Assembly (NCBI GenBank): GCA_044226015.1
Contig: JBGAHS010000005.1
Location: forward strand, 671,116-735,115
Direction: 5' to 3'
DNA from: Candidatus Obscuribacteraceae bacterium
Lineage (GTDB): Bacteria > Cyanobacteriota > Vampirovibrionia > Obscuribacterales > Obscuribacteraceae
Length of the DNA: 64,000 nt
In this document: positions 20,347 through 30,720 of the stretch, piece after piece
Layout: each line of letters begins with the position of its first letter
Position numbering within the stretch: position 1 is the stretch's first letter
Translations under genes and position numbers: made by a program
The notes under the pieces: model-generated
What the model was told of the DNA's origin: nothing
The model's database searches: none
The model's input: the letters and a program-made list of their open reading frames with translations, nothing else

Positions 20347-21405
20347 CTATTTGTAATATTTGTCATAGAATTTTATTGAGTTCTCTTGCGGTGCTCCTTC
20401 AACTTTGAGCGTCGTTGATGCATCATGCCCAAAGAACCAGATATTTGATTGAGCGACCTTCTCGACTTTTACCTGAGCCCTTCCATGTGAAGCTTCATAC
20501 TTATTGACGAGGTCTACCACCTGCTGAAGTTTGTCTGGACCAGCCTTTTGAGCCAGCTTAAATGACGCTGCGATATCATTGAATTCAGTTTTGTCTTTCC
20601 CAAAACTGCCCTGATGGTCATTTACTGAGTGAATTCTTTCGCTAACGAGGTTTGCCAATTCTTGAGCAAATTGCTTGGTCCAGCCTTCTTTTGCATATTT
20701 TTCGTATGGATTTAGTTTCACGAAGTCTTGCGAGTGATCATATGCGAACGGATAGCTAAACGCTTCAAGTTGTTTGTGCCAGTCTCCGTATCTGCCACCC
20801 TTTATGTTGATAGCAATTGATTCACCAGTTTGGCTTCCTATCATTCCTGGCTTGGCAGGAGGGGTATGAGTTACCTCAATCTTTAACTTTCCGTCGAAAG
20901 GCGGTTTCTGGAGTCCTTCGTTTAAGTCCTTTATGAATTCCGGCAATTTGTTCGCTACCCCAGCCATTTCTAGTGCTGTGCGTGAATCTTGCCATTGCTC
21001 ACTCTTAGTGCCGAATTGCCCTTTCGCACCTGCTGCAGCGATGCAATCCAGAGTGTTTCTTACCAGGTCTTTGTGCAAGTCTTCTGTCCAACCATTAGCA
21101 TTTAGGCGTTCTGCCGGAGCTAATTGTTTGAACTGCTTGGTGAATTCATAAAAATTGTGCGGCGTATATTTTGCTGTGGGATTATTGCCTTCTTTTATTC
21201 TTGTGAAGGCTGTGCCTTCTTCAAGTAAAGGTTCTGGAAACAACTTGTCGACTGTTTTCTGGGCATGTTGCTCCCCAGCATTCGGTTTAGTGATTAACGT
21301 TGATGATTCAACGTGTGTTTTCTCGCTCAGCGTGACATTGTCTTGTTCCGGTTCATCAACGGCCGTATCTGGCGATTTCTCTTTATCTTCAGAAAATCTG
21401 TCCAT
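20347..21405 (-). CDS. Hypothetical protein with internal repeat
   Basis: GGGAG RBS; repeated GWT..L......G.FG units. Confidence 0.75.
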   Translation of the reverse strand: MDRFSEDKEKSPDTAVDEPEQDNVTLSEKTHVESSTLITKPNAGEQHAQKTVDKLFPEPLLEEGTAFTRIKEGNNPTAKYTPHNFYEFTKQFKQLAPAERLNANGWTEDLHKDLVRNTLDCIAAAGAKGQFGTKSEQWQDSRTALEMAGVANKLPEFIKDLNEGLQKPPFDGKLKIEVTHTPPAKPGMIGSQTGESIAINIKGGRYGDWHKQLEAFSYPFAYDHSQDFVKLNPYEKYAKEGWTKQFAQELANLVSERIHSVNDHQGSFGKDKTEFNDIAASFKLAQKAGPDKLQQVVDLVNKYEASHGRAQVKVEKVAQSNIWFFGHDASTTLKVEGAPQENSIKFYDKYYK

Positions 21406-21539
21406 TTCTTTCTCCCAATATCAAAAGAATCTACCGGGCATTTGTGACAAAGCCGTACCCTTCTATTTGAGTCACAATGACATAGCCAATGCCATTTCCG
21501 GTAGCAAATCAAAATTCGGATGGGATAGGAAGCTGTTAG

Positions 21540-22322
21540 CTAATCTGTTCCAGTATTGGCCACGACAACTTTCAGCTTCGGATTTAGCGCTTGCAGTTCC
21601 GCAAGACCCAGCTGTGATGATTGCGGCATGTTGTAAGCAAAGATGCGCTTCAACTTCGGAAAGCGGCTTAACAACTTAAACGCGTCATGCTCTGCCCAGA
21701 CATGCGAGAGTGAGATTTCTTCGAGTTCAGGAGTGTCAAGTCCGGCAAGAAATCCTTTACTGAGTTTGCTTCGTCGCAGGCTGAAAAAATTCAATGCAGG
21801 CAAACTGATGTGACATGATGGAGCAGAAGTAATTGTCGTGTTCTCTAAAAGCAGCCTCTTGAGTGTGGGAGGTGCAGCTGCTGCGAAGCTTGCGCAGCCC
21901 GGCAAATCAGTTGAAATTTCAAGGAAAGAGAGATTCTTGAATCGATGTATACATTGCAGATCTGCCTCCGTGAGTGGTGCCATTTGACTTACAGCAAGTT
22001 CTTCAATAGTGGGATGATTATTCGAAAGATCACGAAGTGATTTTGCACAGTCTGTGGAAGCGATAAGAATGACTTCTTTTAGTCCTTTTAGAGAATTCGG
22101 GTTCTCGAACAGAGACACGTCCGAAGCGCTGAGCATGTGAACAGAGTGAACCGCCCTTTTGTTGATTTCTTTCCAATCATCATCTGACGGTGGCGCCTCT
22201 ACCTCAAGGCTGCCATCGTGAAATTTTACAGCGTCTGAGCGATATGGTTGCTGTCCAAAACCGTAAGCAGCAAGAGTGGAAGTAAGAAAAAGAAACAGCA
22301 AAATGAATCTGGAAAATCTCAA
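21540..22322 (-). CDS. Secreted leucine-rich-repeat-like protein
   Basis: Signal peptide; recurrent LxxLxL units (LKEVIL, LSFLEI, LKRLLL, LEEISL). Confidence 0.7.
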   Translation of the reverse strand: MRFSRFILLFLFLTSTLAAYGFGQQPYRSDAVKFHDGSLEVEAPPSDDDWKEINKRAVHSVHMLSASDVSLFENPNSLKGLKEVILIASTDCAKSLRDLSNNHPTIEELAVSQMAPLTEADLQCIHRFKNLSFLEISTDLPGCASFAAAAPPTLKRLLLENTTITSAPSCHISLPALNFFSLRRSKLSKGFLAGLDTPELEEISLSHVWAEHDAFKLLSRFPKLKRIFAYNMPQSSQLGLAELQALNPKLKVVVANTGTD

Positions 22323-22636
22323 GACGAGGACCTCTGAGCTTTGTCGTCATGAGATAGTAGCAAACAGTAGTCGTCTTTTCCGGAGTTGAATCTAATCATC
22401 GCAGCCATTGAGTGTCAGTTTGTACTGTTTTAGATTGAACCCGCCAAATGAATATTTGACAAGCTAAGGAGCCTTCACTATTCTCTAAAGTTCATGAGAG
22501 GTTAGTGATGATCGCCAGTTTTCTCCTTGCAAAATCCTGCTTCGCAAAGCTGATTTTCTCTTTATTCTATAATCAGGAGACACCACTGTAGCGCCACTGT
22601 TAGCAGTGGCGCTAAAAATGCAGTGATAGTTTTCAA

Positions 22637-23626
22637 CTATTTCTTGTCTATGCGATGTTCTTCGATGTAAGCTTGAGGCTTTTGCGGAATTTGCTCAAGT
22701 AACTTTTGAATCTTCAATGGTTCAATTTGAAGAATTTCTCGAGGCGCTGGTGCTTGCTCTAATTTTGGCGCAGCATGCTCTCCTATATTCTTTCCTAGCG
22801 CAGCAGCTGCACCGATAACAGCGGCTTCGGCCGCTTTTCGTGCGTTGTTAGCATCCACATCCGCTTCGACTGCATTTCGTTCTCGATTTGCTCTGACGTC
22901 ATCTTTGAAAAACTCATGTAGTCCTTTGAACTGTTGTGCGTCAGCATCTTGCCTTCGTAGAAGTTCCATGTTCGATTTCAGATCTACTGGCACCACAGGA
23001 AACATAGTGTAGGAGCTACTCACCTTAATGCTCTGGTATTCGAGAGCAGGTTTGAGGCTGAGGTTCTTAATATTGAAGTCCTTTGGCAAATTCAGTTTGC
23101 CCGGGTCTAGAGTAACTTCGCGAATATTGCGCGGATTTGGTTCACTGAATTTGAAGTCGAGCAGCTTCGGGCTTCCAGCTGTTTTGAAACCTGCATATCC
23201 TGCAAGTGCCATTGTTGGATAATCTACCAAAGCGGTTCCTAAATTGTTTGCGACAATCATTTTGTTTTGGTCAAAATTATTGCCTGATTTCCATGTGTCT
23301 GCCATTGCTCCCAGAGTTGGAACAGCGCGCCTTCCGACGTCGGCTGCAGCTGCGAGTCCGCATACACCGCCTACTACTTTAGCTGCAGCGCCCCAACGCC
23401 CACCTGCATTAAGTGCAGTTTTTAGAGCATAAGCACCGGCAAAAGCAATTCCTGAGTCACGTAAAATTTCGCCTGGGTCTGACAGTCTGTGCCGAACCCC
23501 GTCTGCAATTCCACCTCTTAGAAGATCCGCTTCGCGCTGAAGCTTCGTAAGCGTTCCTTCTTGAACATTGTTTTGTCCGTTAACCTGTTTTTCTTCAATG
23601 ACTGGTCTAAGTATATTATCTGGCAT
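22637..23626 (-). CDS. Hypothetical protein with Gly/Ala-rich hydrophobic helices
   Basis: 329-aa ORF, GGGGAG RBS; 11-bp hairpin 22589-22614 downstream. Confidence 0.7.
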   Translation of the reverse strand: MPDNILRPVIEEKQVNGQNNVQEGTLTKLQREADLLRGGIADGVRHRLSDPGEILRDSGIAFAGAYALKTALNAGGRWGAAAKVVGGVCGLAAAADVGRRAVPTLGAMADTWKSGNNFDQNKMIVANNLGTALVDYPTMALAGYAGFKTAGSPKLLDFKFSEPNPRNIREVTLDPGKLNLPKDFNIKNLSLKPALEYQSIKVSSSYTMFPVVPVDLKSNMELLRRQDADAQQFKGLHEFFKDDVRANRERNAVEADVDANNARKAAEAAVIGAAAALGKNIGEHAAPKLEQAPAPREILQIEPLKIQKLLEQIPQKPQAYIEEHRIDKK

Positions 23627-23851
23627 AAGATCTCCCCATCTATCTTTATGCCAACCAAGCGATGATAAGAGCTTAATGCAGATTTACACTGCTACAGCTG
23701 TGTATTTCTACAGTCTTCCCGCGGAAATTACGTAGTAGGAGCTCACCCATTTCCATAAGTTGGCACTGATGCCTCTTTCGCCCTGGCGATTGAAATATCA
23801 TGCTACCTTGTGACGGCAATGAAGCCCTGTGAATTTCCGCTTCTATGTGGC

Positions 23852-24352
23852 TCATGCACTAGCTTTGTTCGTTTCAAATTGCTTCTTAAAATTATTCATC
23901 AGAATTGGCATCTTCTTTTCCGTATCAATACGCATCAGTGGTGCCAGTAATGATGCGAGGAACCCATTTGTTTCAACGGTGATGTGCAGAACCAATAGGT
24001 TTTCTGAGTGCTCGGACAATTGGTGGAAAAATATGAATCTTGAGCCGAGAAGAGTGAATTCGTCAGTATATGAATGTGGTTCATTGAAGCTTGTCACCAC
24101 AAGCTCTACTTCAGGTCCACCCTTCATTCTTAATTTGCCCTTGCTGCCCAACCGCAAGGGTCCGTCAAATATAACGCTCTCCATAAAAATGTCCCAAGTG
24201 TGCATTGTTTGCCAATCCACAAGCTTATGCCAGACGGCTTCTAGACTTCCTTGAATCTGAATTTTACTATCAGCAATTTTCATCGATTGAGTTACCTTGC
24301 AAGCAGATTGCTCCGCAGTCATCACGACGTGATTATTTGTAGACCTTACCAT
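23852..24352 (-). CDS. SRPBCC family protein
   Basis: IQIQGSLEAVWHKLVDW..W..DGPLRLGSKG; start likely at MKIAD. Confidence 0.75.
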   Translation of the reverse strand: MVRSTNNHVVMTAEQSACKVTQSMKIADSKIQIQGSLEAVWHKLVDWQTMHTWDIFMESVIFDGPLRLGSKGKLRMKGGPEVELVVTSFNEPHSYTDEFTLLGSRFIFFHQLSEHSENLLVLHITVETNGFLASLLAPLMRIDTEKKMPILMNNFKKQFETNKASA

Positions 24353-24394
24353 TACAGCAAAGCAGTTGGGCGCCAGAGTTTCATAGTTGCTATA

Positions 24395-25222
24395 TTAACT
24401 CAAAAGTAGTTCCAGCAGCGCAGCGGGACCCGCCCTGGTGATGTTCAAGGTCGCTCTGTCCAGAGATAATCTAAGCACTTCATCCAGGTTACTTGATTTG
24501 CCGATTGATGCCAAAAAGGTGCCTGCAAATGTATCGCCCGCTCCGGTAGGATCAAATTCTGTGACATTTTTTGCCGCTGCATTTCTAGACATTCCGTCAC
24601 TGTAGATGGTTGCGCCTAGCCTTCCCTGGGTCACGCAAATGATTTGCTCACCAATTGGTTTCAAGGGAAACGATGTCGGCTCGAATATTGCTTTGCTTTC
24701 ATTTTCGTTCATGAAAATAAAATCGCAATTAGAGATAAGCTCTCTTACTGAACCAGTTTCACCATAGGCAATCTTTCCATAGGTGCCTGCTGAAATTTTG
24801 CACTTGGACTGGTGTTTTATGGCGCGCAAGAAATCCAGTTGTCTTTTTGCGCTGCTAAGTGCTGCAATATGAACAATGTCGAATTCAGCTAGGTTTGCTG
24901 GAAGATATGCCGGGGTAAGTTCTGACTCTGCCCCCCAGCTTGCTGCAATCAGCGTGGCGCGATCATTTCCATGATGAATGATTTCCAGATGTGGAAAGGC
25001 GTCTGAGGACGTTTTTGGTCCTATCCATTCGAACTTCAAGTTGTCGAGGTTCTTACAAAATTCGAAGTCAGGTTTGGGCGCCAGCAGGGTAACTTCAGCA
25101 CCTGCAGCACAAGCTGCCAGAGACGAATAGAAGGCAGCACCACCAGTAGTATCGAAGCTCTTTGCCCTTGTTTCGAGATGGATGCGGTCTCGTGATGCGC
25201 ATCCGATAAAAAGCAGTTTCAT
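24395..25222 (-). CDS. PfkB-family carbohydrate kinase
   Basis: GGAAFYSS, FMNENE, VTQGRLGA, DPTGAGDTFAG. Confidence 0.9.
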   Translation of the reverse strand: MKLLFIGCASRDRIHLETRAKSFDTTGGAAFYSSLAACAAGAEVTLLAPKPDFEFCKNLDNLKFEWIGPKTSSDAFPHLEIIHHGNDRATLIAASWGAESELTPAYLPANLAEFDIVHIAALSSAKRQLDFLRAIKHQSKCKISAGTYGKIAYGETGSVRELISNCDFIFMNENESKAIFEPTSFPLKPIGEQIICVTQGRLGATIYSDGMSRNAAAKNVTEFDPTGAGDTFAGTFLASIGKSSNLDEVLRLSLDRATLNITRAGPAALLELLLS

Positions 25223-25370
25223 GCTAGTACTTAATCCATGGAAGTGCGAAAGCTCTAAGTCTATCAGCTTGTAATCTGCAAATATCCTGATGGACGGCAC
25301 AAAGCCATCCAATATTAATTTCCATACGATGTTCATTGGGTATAATCGTGAAGCAAGCCACAGAACAAAC

Positions 25371-27317
25371 ATGATCAAAATTGGTAGCGTCTTCGACAAT
25401 AGGTATCTCATCGAGAAAGAACTCGGTGAGGGCGGTATGGGTAAGGTTTATAAAGCCCGCCAGATAGATGCAGATCGTGAGGTTGCTCTTAAGCTGTTGA
25501 AAGAGATTCACGATGTGGAGAATAAAGAACGCTTCTTCCGTGAGTTCAAGATTCTTTCTGAGCTTCAGCATCAGCACATTATGACTGTCTATGGGCTTGC
25601 CCTGTATGCAGACTCGGTTCCTTATGCTGTATGTGAGCTTTTGGATGGGAAGAGTTTGAGGCAGCTCTTATTAGAACGTGGGCATTTGTCCTGGCAGGAA
25701 GTTGTTGAAATCGCTCTGCAAGTCGCAAGTGCTTTGAGCTTTGCTCACAAGAGTAGCGTGATACATAGAGATTTGAAGCCGGAGAATATCATTCTTGTTA
25801 ATAAGCCACGAGAAAACTATGTAAAAATTATCGATTTTGGATTGTCCAAAGTGCTGGATACTTCCGATGAAAAGCTTACCTCTACTGGGCAATTGCTTGG
25901 AAGTCCTATGTACATGAGCCCAGAACAACTAACGCAGGTTGCCGACTCGCGAAGCGATATTTATTCTCTAGGTTGCATCATATTCGAAATGCTTGCCGGT
26001 GAGAATCTGTTCCCTTCTGATGTTCCTGTTGCTGCGCTGTACAGGCACACGACCGATCGTGCCACCGAGCGTGTTAGTGCCATCAAGGACGAAGTTCCTG
26101 AAGACCTGATCAGACTTGTGCTCGGTATGCTTGCGAAGGACCCTGCTCAGCGCATTCAAACTGCAGATGATGTCTTTCTGCGCTTGGACCAAATATTGCA
26201 GAAGCCTGGAAAGTTTATGCGCTCGCGGTCAATTCTTTCAAGTGACAAGGGTAAGTCATGGAGGCTTCGGCTTGTTGCAGGGCTGGCGCTAATAGTAATA
26301 ATAGGGTTTGCAGTGGATTCAGCTCGAAAACGCGAGCTTCTCAAAGAAACTGCTCCAATACTCAAACAGGCCGTTGCTAAACAACTCGGGGAAATCGTCA
26401 GGATCCGCAGCAAGTTCCATACTGCACTCGTTCTTTCTTCGTCTCGAAGCGGTCAAAAACCACTTAGTGAAACTGAAGGTAGCGAAGGTCGTAAATGTAT
26501 TAGCTGGTTGAAAAAATTGGAAAATGAGGCAAAAACAAGATCTGACAAATTCAATGTTTATTGGTTGGAAGCGCAGTTTTACGGTGATCTTCAAGAACAT
26601 GGCGCGAAATTGTTAGCCCTGCAGAAATGCTTAAGCCTTCTCACTAGTGATAACAGAAAAAGGTATGAAGAGACGCCGTCAATTTTTGCTTTAATTGCAT
26701 CTACTTGTCGTTATGGTTTTGATAAAGAGCATGAAAAGGCATTGCAGTACTGCAAGATGGCAATTGAGGCAGGCAGCGAGAATTCCAGATGGGTAGCCGC
26801 TGGTCATCAACTTGACAGGCTTTGTACCTTGAGAGATGGTCCACCGGTGGGAGACGATAATCACGTTCACGCTCTGTTGGCGGAAGAGTACATGCGCCTC
26901 GGAGATTACCGAGATGCTGCGAGGGAAGCGAAATTCGTTAGTGATTTAGAAGAAGCCGCTTTTCCTCAAACCTATCCAGGTAATGCCACCATCACCAACG
27001 TCGTGATGTACGCTGAAGCATTACGAATGTTGGGACGAAAAGATGAGGGTGCAAGGCACATCGATAGAGTATTGGCCAGAGTTAACAAAAGAGATGAATT
27101 GCCTCCAAGAGATCGTGTTCAGCAAAGAGCGCTTGCTTGCGATCTGCTTCGGATTTATAGTTCGGCGATATACTGGTTCAATGCACATGGATTTCAGCAT
27201 CTCACCAAGAAGTATGCAGATATATCGATGGATTTTGCGAAGTATTATGGTCTGAAGTATGATCCTTATTCGAAATTGCCACCATCCGATCCCGAATATG
27301 ACAACTCTTCACATTGA
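25371..27317 (+). CDS. Ser/Thr protein kinase with TM helix and TPR-like C-terminus
   Basis: LGEGGMGKVY, VALK, HRDLKPEN, DFG, YMSPE; TATAAT at 25341. Confidence 0.93.
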   Translation: MIKIGSVFDNRYLIEKELGEGGMGKVYKARQIDADREVALKLLKEIHDVENKERFFREFKILSELQHQHIMTVYGLALYADSVPYAVCELLDGKSLRQLLLERGHLSWQEVVEIALQVASALSFAHKSSVIHRDLKPENIILVNKPRENYVKIIDFGLSKVLDTSDEKLTSTGQLLGSPMYMSPEQLTQVADSRSDIYSLGCIIFEMLAGENLFPSDVPVAALYRHTTDRATERVSAIKDEVPEDLIRLVLGMLAKDPAQRIQTADDVFLRLDQILQKPGKFMRSRSILSSDKGKSWRLRLVAGLALIVIIGFAVDSARKRELLKETAPILKQAVAKQLGEIVRIRSKFHTALVLSSSRSGQKPLSETEGSEGRKCISWLKKLENEAKTRSDKFNVYWLEAQFYGDLQEHGAKLLALQKCLSLLTSDNRKRYEETPSIFALIASTCRYGFDKEHEKALQYCKMAIEAGSENSRWVAAGHQLDRLCTLRDGPPVGDDNHVHALLAEEYMRLGDYRDAAREAKFVSDLEEAAFPQTYPGNATITNVVMYAEALRMLGRKDEGARHIDRVLARVNKRDELPPRDRVQQRALACDLLRIYSSAIYWFNAHGFQHLTKKYADISMDFAKYYGLKYDPYSKLPPSDPEYDNSSH

Positions 27318-27439
27318 GACGCGAAACCGTGAATCTTGCTCGATTTCGGATTATGCGTGAAATCGTTGCAGCAAGCGGATCGTCACGTGTAAAATCGCTT
27401 GTGAATCTGAGCACTGCTACAACTGTGCACTACTGTTTA

Positions 27440-27499
27440 TTGACGGTTAACTTTGGCATTTAAAGTTGACGGTTAACTTTGACAGTTAACCTTGGCATT
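27440..27499. repeat. Three copies of TTGAC(G/A)GTTAAC between convergent genes
   Basis: Copies at 27440, 27466, 27479. Confidence 0.6.
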
Positions 27500-27531
27500 C
27501 ATCTTTGTCGCAAGAAGACTCGCAGAAAACA

Positions 27532-28077
27532 TCAGTGCTCGGCGGAACCTTCTGTTGCTGGCTCGCCAAGAATCGGACCATCAGCAGGGTCTCTCTGCGA
27601 CAGTATTTTCCACAACATTCCTTTTCCTAAAGCTTTATCTAGACCCCGAGCGACGAAGAGAGTGTAGAAAACAATGAATAATCCAAAGATGTGTGCAGCA
27701 GCAAAAAGAACACGCTCTTTCATGGCTGCATCAGCGACGTGTTTGGCAAATATTTTCTCTTCAACCTGTCCACCTAAGAATACTATGATTGCCATCACTA
27801 TCGCTTTGTAAGCGGTTGCTCGTAAAATCGGAGTATGATCCATCTTCTTAAGGAGTGAGATGTTTTGCGTCAGCACTACGATTTTGCCGAGTGCGAGGGA
27901 CTCGATTAAGGCGGTAATATAACTGTGTACGAAGTCGTTGATTCCTACTTGAATCAGGATAAGCGATTTGCCTGTTGCTATAAGGCTGAAGCTAACTGCG
28001 AGGTAGCTAACTATAGCTGTGAGTTCTTTTAACTCGTGCATTAGTCGCTCTTTCGGTGACGCCATGTTGTTCTCCAT
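27532..28077 (-). CDS. 4-TM membrane protein
   Basis: Four hydrophobic segments. Confidence 0.75.
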   Translation of the reverse strand: MENNMASPKERLMHELKELTAIVSYLAVSFSLIATGKSLILIQVGINDFVHSYITALIESLALGKIVVLTQNISLLKKMDHTPILRATAYKAIVMAIIVFLGGQVEEKIFAKHVADAAMKERVLFAAAHIFGLFIVFYTLFVARGLDKALGKGMLWKILSQRDPADGPILGEPATEGSAEH

Positions 28078-28129
28078 TTTGCCATGTGTTCTGAATTCGA
28101 TCTCTGTAAGTTTCTAGTGTAATTTTCAG

Positions 28130-28687
28130 CTAGTGTCGATGCATGATTGTAATCAGTACTACTGCAGCGATTCCGCAAGCAATGTATATGCCCTGGAAAG
28201 TGCAAGCGACGTGCCTCTCTAATTCGGCTAATGAATTCAGGTCTGATCTGTGCGTATGAGCCTGAGCTGTTATCGGCGCTGCCAACAAGTACTTTTCCAT
28301 TCCTTGAAGTACGTGTGTTTGCCTTCGGTGAAGTTTGCCATAGGCCTGCAAGAGTCCAGCCCAATTTCGATCGAGCAAATATCCGACCAGCGAAAGTGCC
28401 ACAGTCATTATCATCAAGTTCGTTACTCGATGCTCGTGCAAGAATACTTCGAATGATTCTTTGAAAATAAATCCGATACCTGCTAGAAGAAATGTATTCA
28501 GGGAAAGGAAGAATCCGTTGATAGCCTGTCGGCGTGCTGCAAAAGAGTCACTAGATTGAACGATGGATTTGTACTGGTCGTAAAGCAGCTTTAGCTGATC
28601 GGAATCGTAGTTAGTTCCTGACGGGAAAAGGACTTTTTCGAGTTCCTCATTTTCTTGCTGAATGTCTGATTTGTCTTGATTTGACAT
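28130..28687 (-). CDS. Small 3-TM protein resembling RipA/octameric membrane protein family
   Basis: YDQYK..S....RRQAINGFFLSLNT..W......Y..L......L..ME pattern. Confidence 0.6.
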   Translation of the reverse strand: MSNQDKSDIQQENEELEKVLFPSGTNYDSDQLKLLYDQYKSIVQSSDSFAARRQAINGFFLSLNTFLLAGIGFIFKESFEVFLHEHRVTNLMIMTVALSLVGYLLDRNWAGLLQAYGKLHRRQTHVLQGMEKYLLAAPITAQAHTHRSDLNSLAELERHVACTFQGIYIACGIAAVVLITIMHRH

Positions 28688-28926
28688 GACTGATTTCCGG
28701 CGTTGGAAAAGCTAAATTCTACATACTTGCAAACTATGCAATCAAGTAAAATATGAGTGCTTCTGTGAACCTGAGCTCGCTATTGATCCTCTCAAAGGTT
28801 GCCAGGTAATTAAACGGGCAATGTGGTAAGTAATCAGGCTGGTCAACATTCCAGTGCCTCGAATGCCAATGTAAGATCGTTTGCGAAGTCACGGTGTTAG
28901 AATACCTGTCCTTCGGAGGGGCGGAA

Positions 28927-29886
28927 ATGTCGAACATATTGGGAAGAGATGGTTTAGCAGGGCGTGTTCCCTACCAGGGGCTGGTTACATTTTGGCGTAC
29001 TCCCTACACTCAGGCGCTTGAAAATGTTGATCTTGCCGTTTATGGAGTTCCATTTGATTGCGAAATATTCAATCGTCCTGGCACCAGATTTGGACCTCGA
29101 GCCATACGTGAGCAGTCTGTTTATGTTGGTCTGGTGGGTCAGCATTGGCCGTTCGAATATGATTTGCGTGACAGAAGCAATGTGATCGATTTTGGTGACA
29201 TTCCGTTTTATCCTGGACAGACCGAGGAAATGCTGCTGAATGTTGAACAGCATGTTTCTGAGATGTCTTCGCGCGGTATCGGAACAGTCGGACTCGGTGG
29301 AGATCATCTTGTAGCTTACCCTGCCGTCAAAGCGCATGCAAAAACACATGGCAAGCTATCGCTGATACATTTCGATGCACATACAGACACTCATGATGGA
29401 CCTTTTCTCAATCACGGTAGCATGTTCATCTATGCGGCGAAGGAAGGACTGATAAGCGCTGAGTCCTCAATACAAATCGGCATTCGTACTCTTATTCCGC
29501 AAGGCACCAAGTTCACCGTGTTGAATTCGCATGAGTGCCTTGAGATGAAGAGTAAGGACATAGTTCGGAGAATTCGCGAGACCGTTGGTGATAACCCCTG
29601 TTATGTGTCACTTGATGTAGATGGTATGGACCCTGCTTATGCTCCCGGAACAGGCACGCCCCTTCCGGGTGGTATCACGTCAGCGATGCAACGAGAAATT
29701 TTGTGGGGACTTCAGGGACTAAACATCGTAGGTTGCGATGTGGTCGAGGTATCTCCACCTTATGATCCGTCCCAGATTACGGCGATTCTTGGTGCTACTT
29801 TGGCTATGGATATGTTGCATATTCTGGCTGAGTCCCCGGTTCTCAAAAAAATGAAAAAGGCTGTGGAGTCAGGAAAAAATCAATAA
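28927..29886 (+). CDS. speB: Agmatinase / ureohydrolase
   Basis: RPGTRFGP, GGDH, HFDAHTD, HG, SLDVDGMDP..APGTGTP, DVVEVSP. Confidence 0.85.
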   Translation: MSNILGRDGLAGRVPYQGLVTFWRTPYTQALENVDLAVYGVPFDCEIFNRPGTRFGPRAIREQSVYVGLVGQHWPFEYDLRDRSNVIDFGDIPFYPGQTEEMLLNVEQHVSEMSSRGIGTVGLGGDHLVAYPAVKAHAKTHGKLSLIHFDAHTDTHDGPFLNHGSMFIYAAKEGLISAESSIQIGIRTLIPQGTKFTVLNSHECLEMKSKDIVRRIRETVGDNPCYVSLDVDGMDPAYAPGTGTPLPGGITSAMQREILWGLQGLNIVGCDVVEVSPPYDPSQITAILGATLAMDMLHILAESPVLKKMKKAVESGKNQ

Positions 29887-30698
29887 TGAAAGTAATTCAT
29901 CTCAATTCTGATTTGATTGCGCGCCTTGACGAGGCTGAGGCAGCATTCTTTGGTGACCTTTCAAAAGTCACAAACGAATGTCATAACAGCGAGGTTTGTA
30001 AGCTTATCGAGCTTCCTGGTGCGCGAGCTTTTGTTTCACCGAAGGTGAACGACCCGCTTTTGAATCGAGTGATTATTTCGGGGAAGTGCGATGCTGCCTC
30101 CGTATTTAGTATCGTTGATGAACATTTTGCCGCGGCTGGCGGTGTGCCGGTTGAAATTAGTCCAGGCGCCCTTGAGCATGAACTAAGTGTTGGGCTTCAT
30201 AAGCGCGGTTATGCTCAGACTGAGTTTTTGCCAGTGCTCGTTAATTATGCGGAGAATATTGTTTCGGAAGCACCTAAGCTGCGAATCAGCAAGGTTGAAT
30301 CAGAATCTGAACTTAGCAAGTTCAAAGAACTTTTGATAGCTGGCTGGACGATACCGCCGGCGCAGTTTCCTGAAACTCTTACATCATCTGTAGAGAAATG
30401 GATCAATCTTCCTGGCTGGACCCTTCTTCTATCATATGATGGTGATGAAGCGGTATCCTGCGGGATTTTGCATTGCCATAAGGGAGTTGCTTTTCTTGCT
30501 GTCTCTGCAACGCCACCACAGTTCCGCGGAAGAGGAGGGCAATCAGCAATTGATCGCGCTCGCGTGGCAGAAGCGATTAAGCAAGATGCCGAGTTGATCT
30601 GGAGCCGAACTTATTTCGCCAGCGTTAGTCAACGGAATAAAGAGAAATTCGGCTTAAACGTTCTCTATCTGAGATCATGTTGGACCAAGGTCGAATAG
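29886..30698 (+). CDS. GNAT-family N-acetyltransferase
   Basis: ATPPQFRGRGGQSA..SQRN; TAATG overlap with agmatinase. Confidence 0.85.
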   Translation: MKVIHLNSDLIARLDEAEAAFFGDLSKVTNECHNSEVCKLIELPGARAFVSPKVNDPLLNRVIISGKCDAASVFSIVDEHFAAAGGVPVEISPGALEHELSVGLHKRGYAQTEFLPVLVNYAENIVSEAPKLRISKVESESELSKFKELLIAGWTIPPAQFPETLTSSVEKWINLPGWTLLLSYDGDEAVSCGILHCHKGVAFLAVSATPPQFRGRGGQSAIDRARVAEAIKQDAELIWSRTYFASVSQRNKEKFGLNVLYLRSCWTKVE

Positions 30699-30720
30699 AT
30701 GAGAGCATTTGTCCTCTGGC

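Noticed and set aside
24395..25411. Overlap of PfkB and kinase ORFs as drawn in the ORF track
   Set aside because: True starts are most likely 25222 and 25371, leaving a normal divergent promoter gap
28690..28926. Guanidine riboswitch upstream of the ureohydrolase
   Set aside because: No recognisable guanidine-I/II/III consensus by eye; an Rfam scan would settle it
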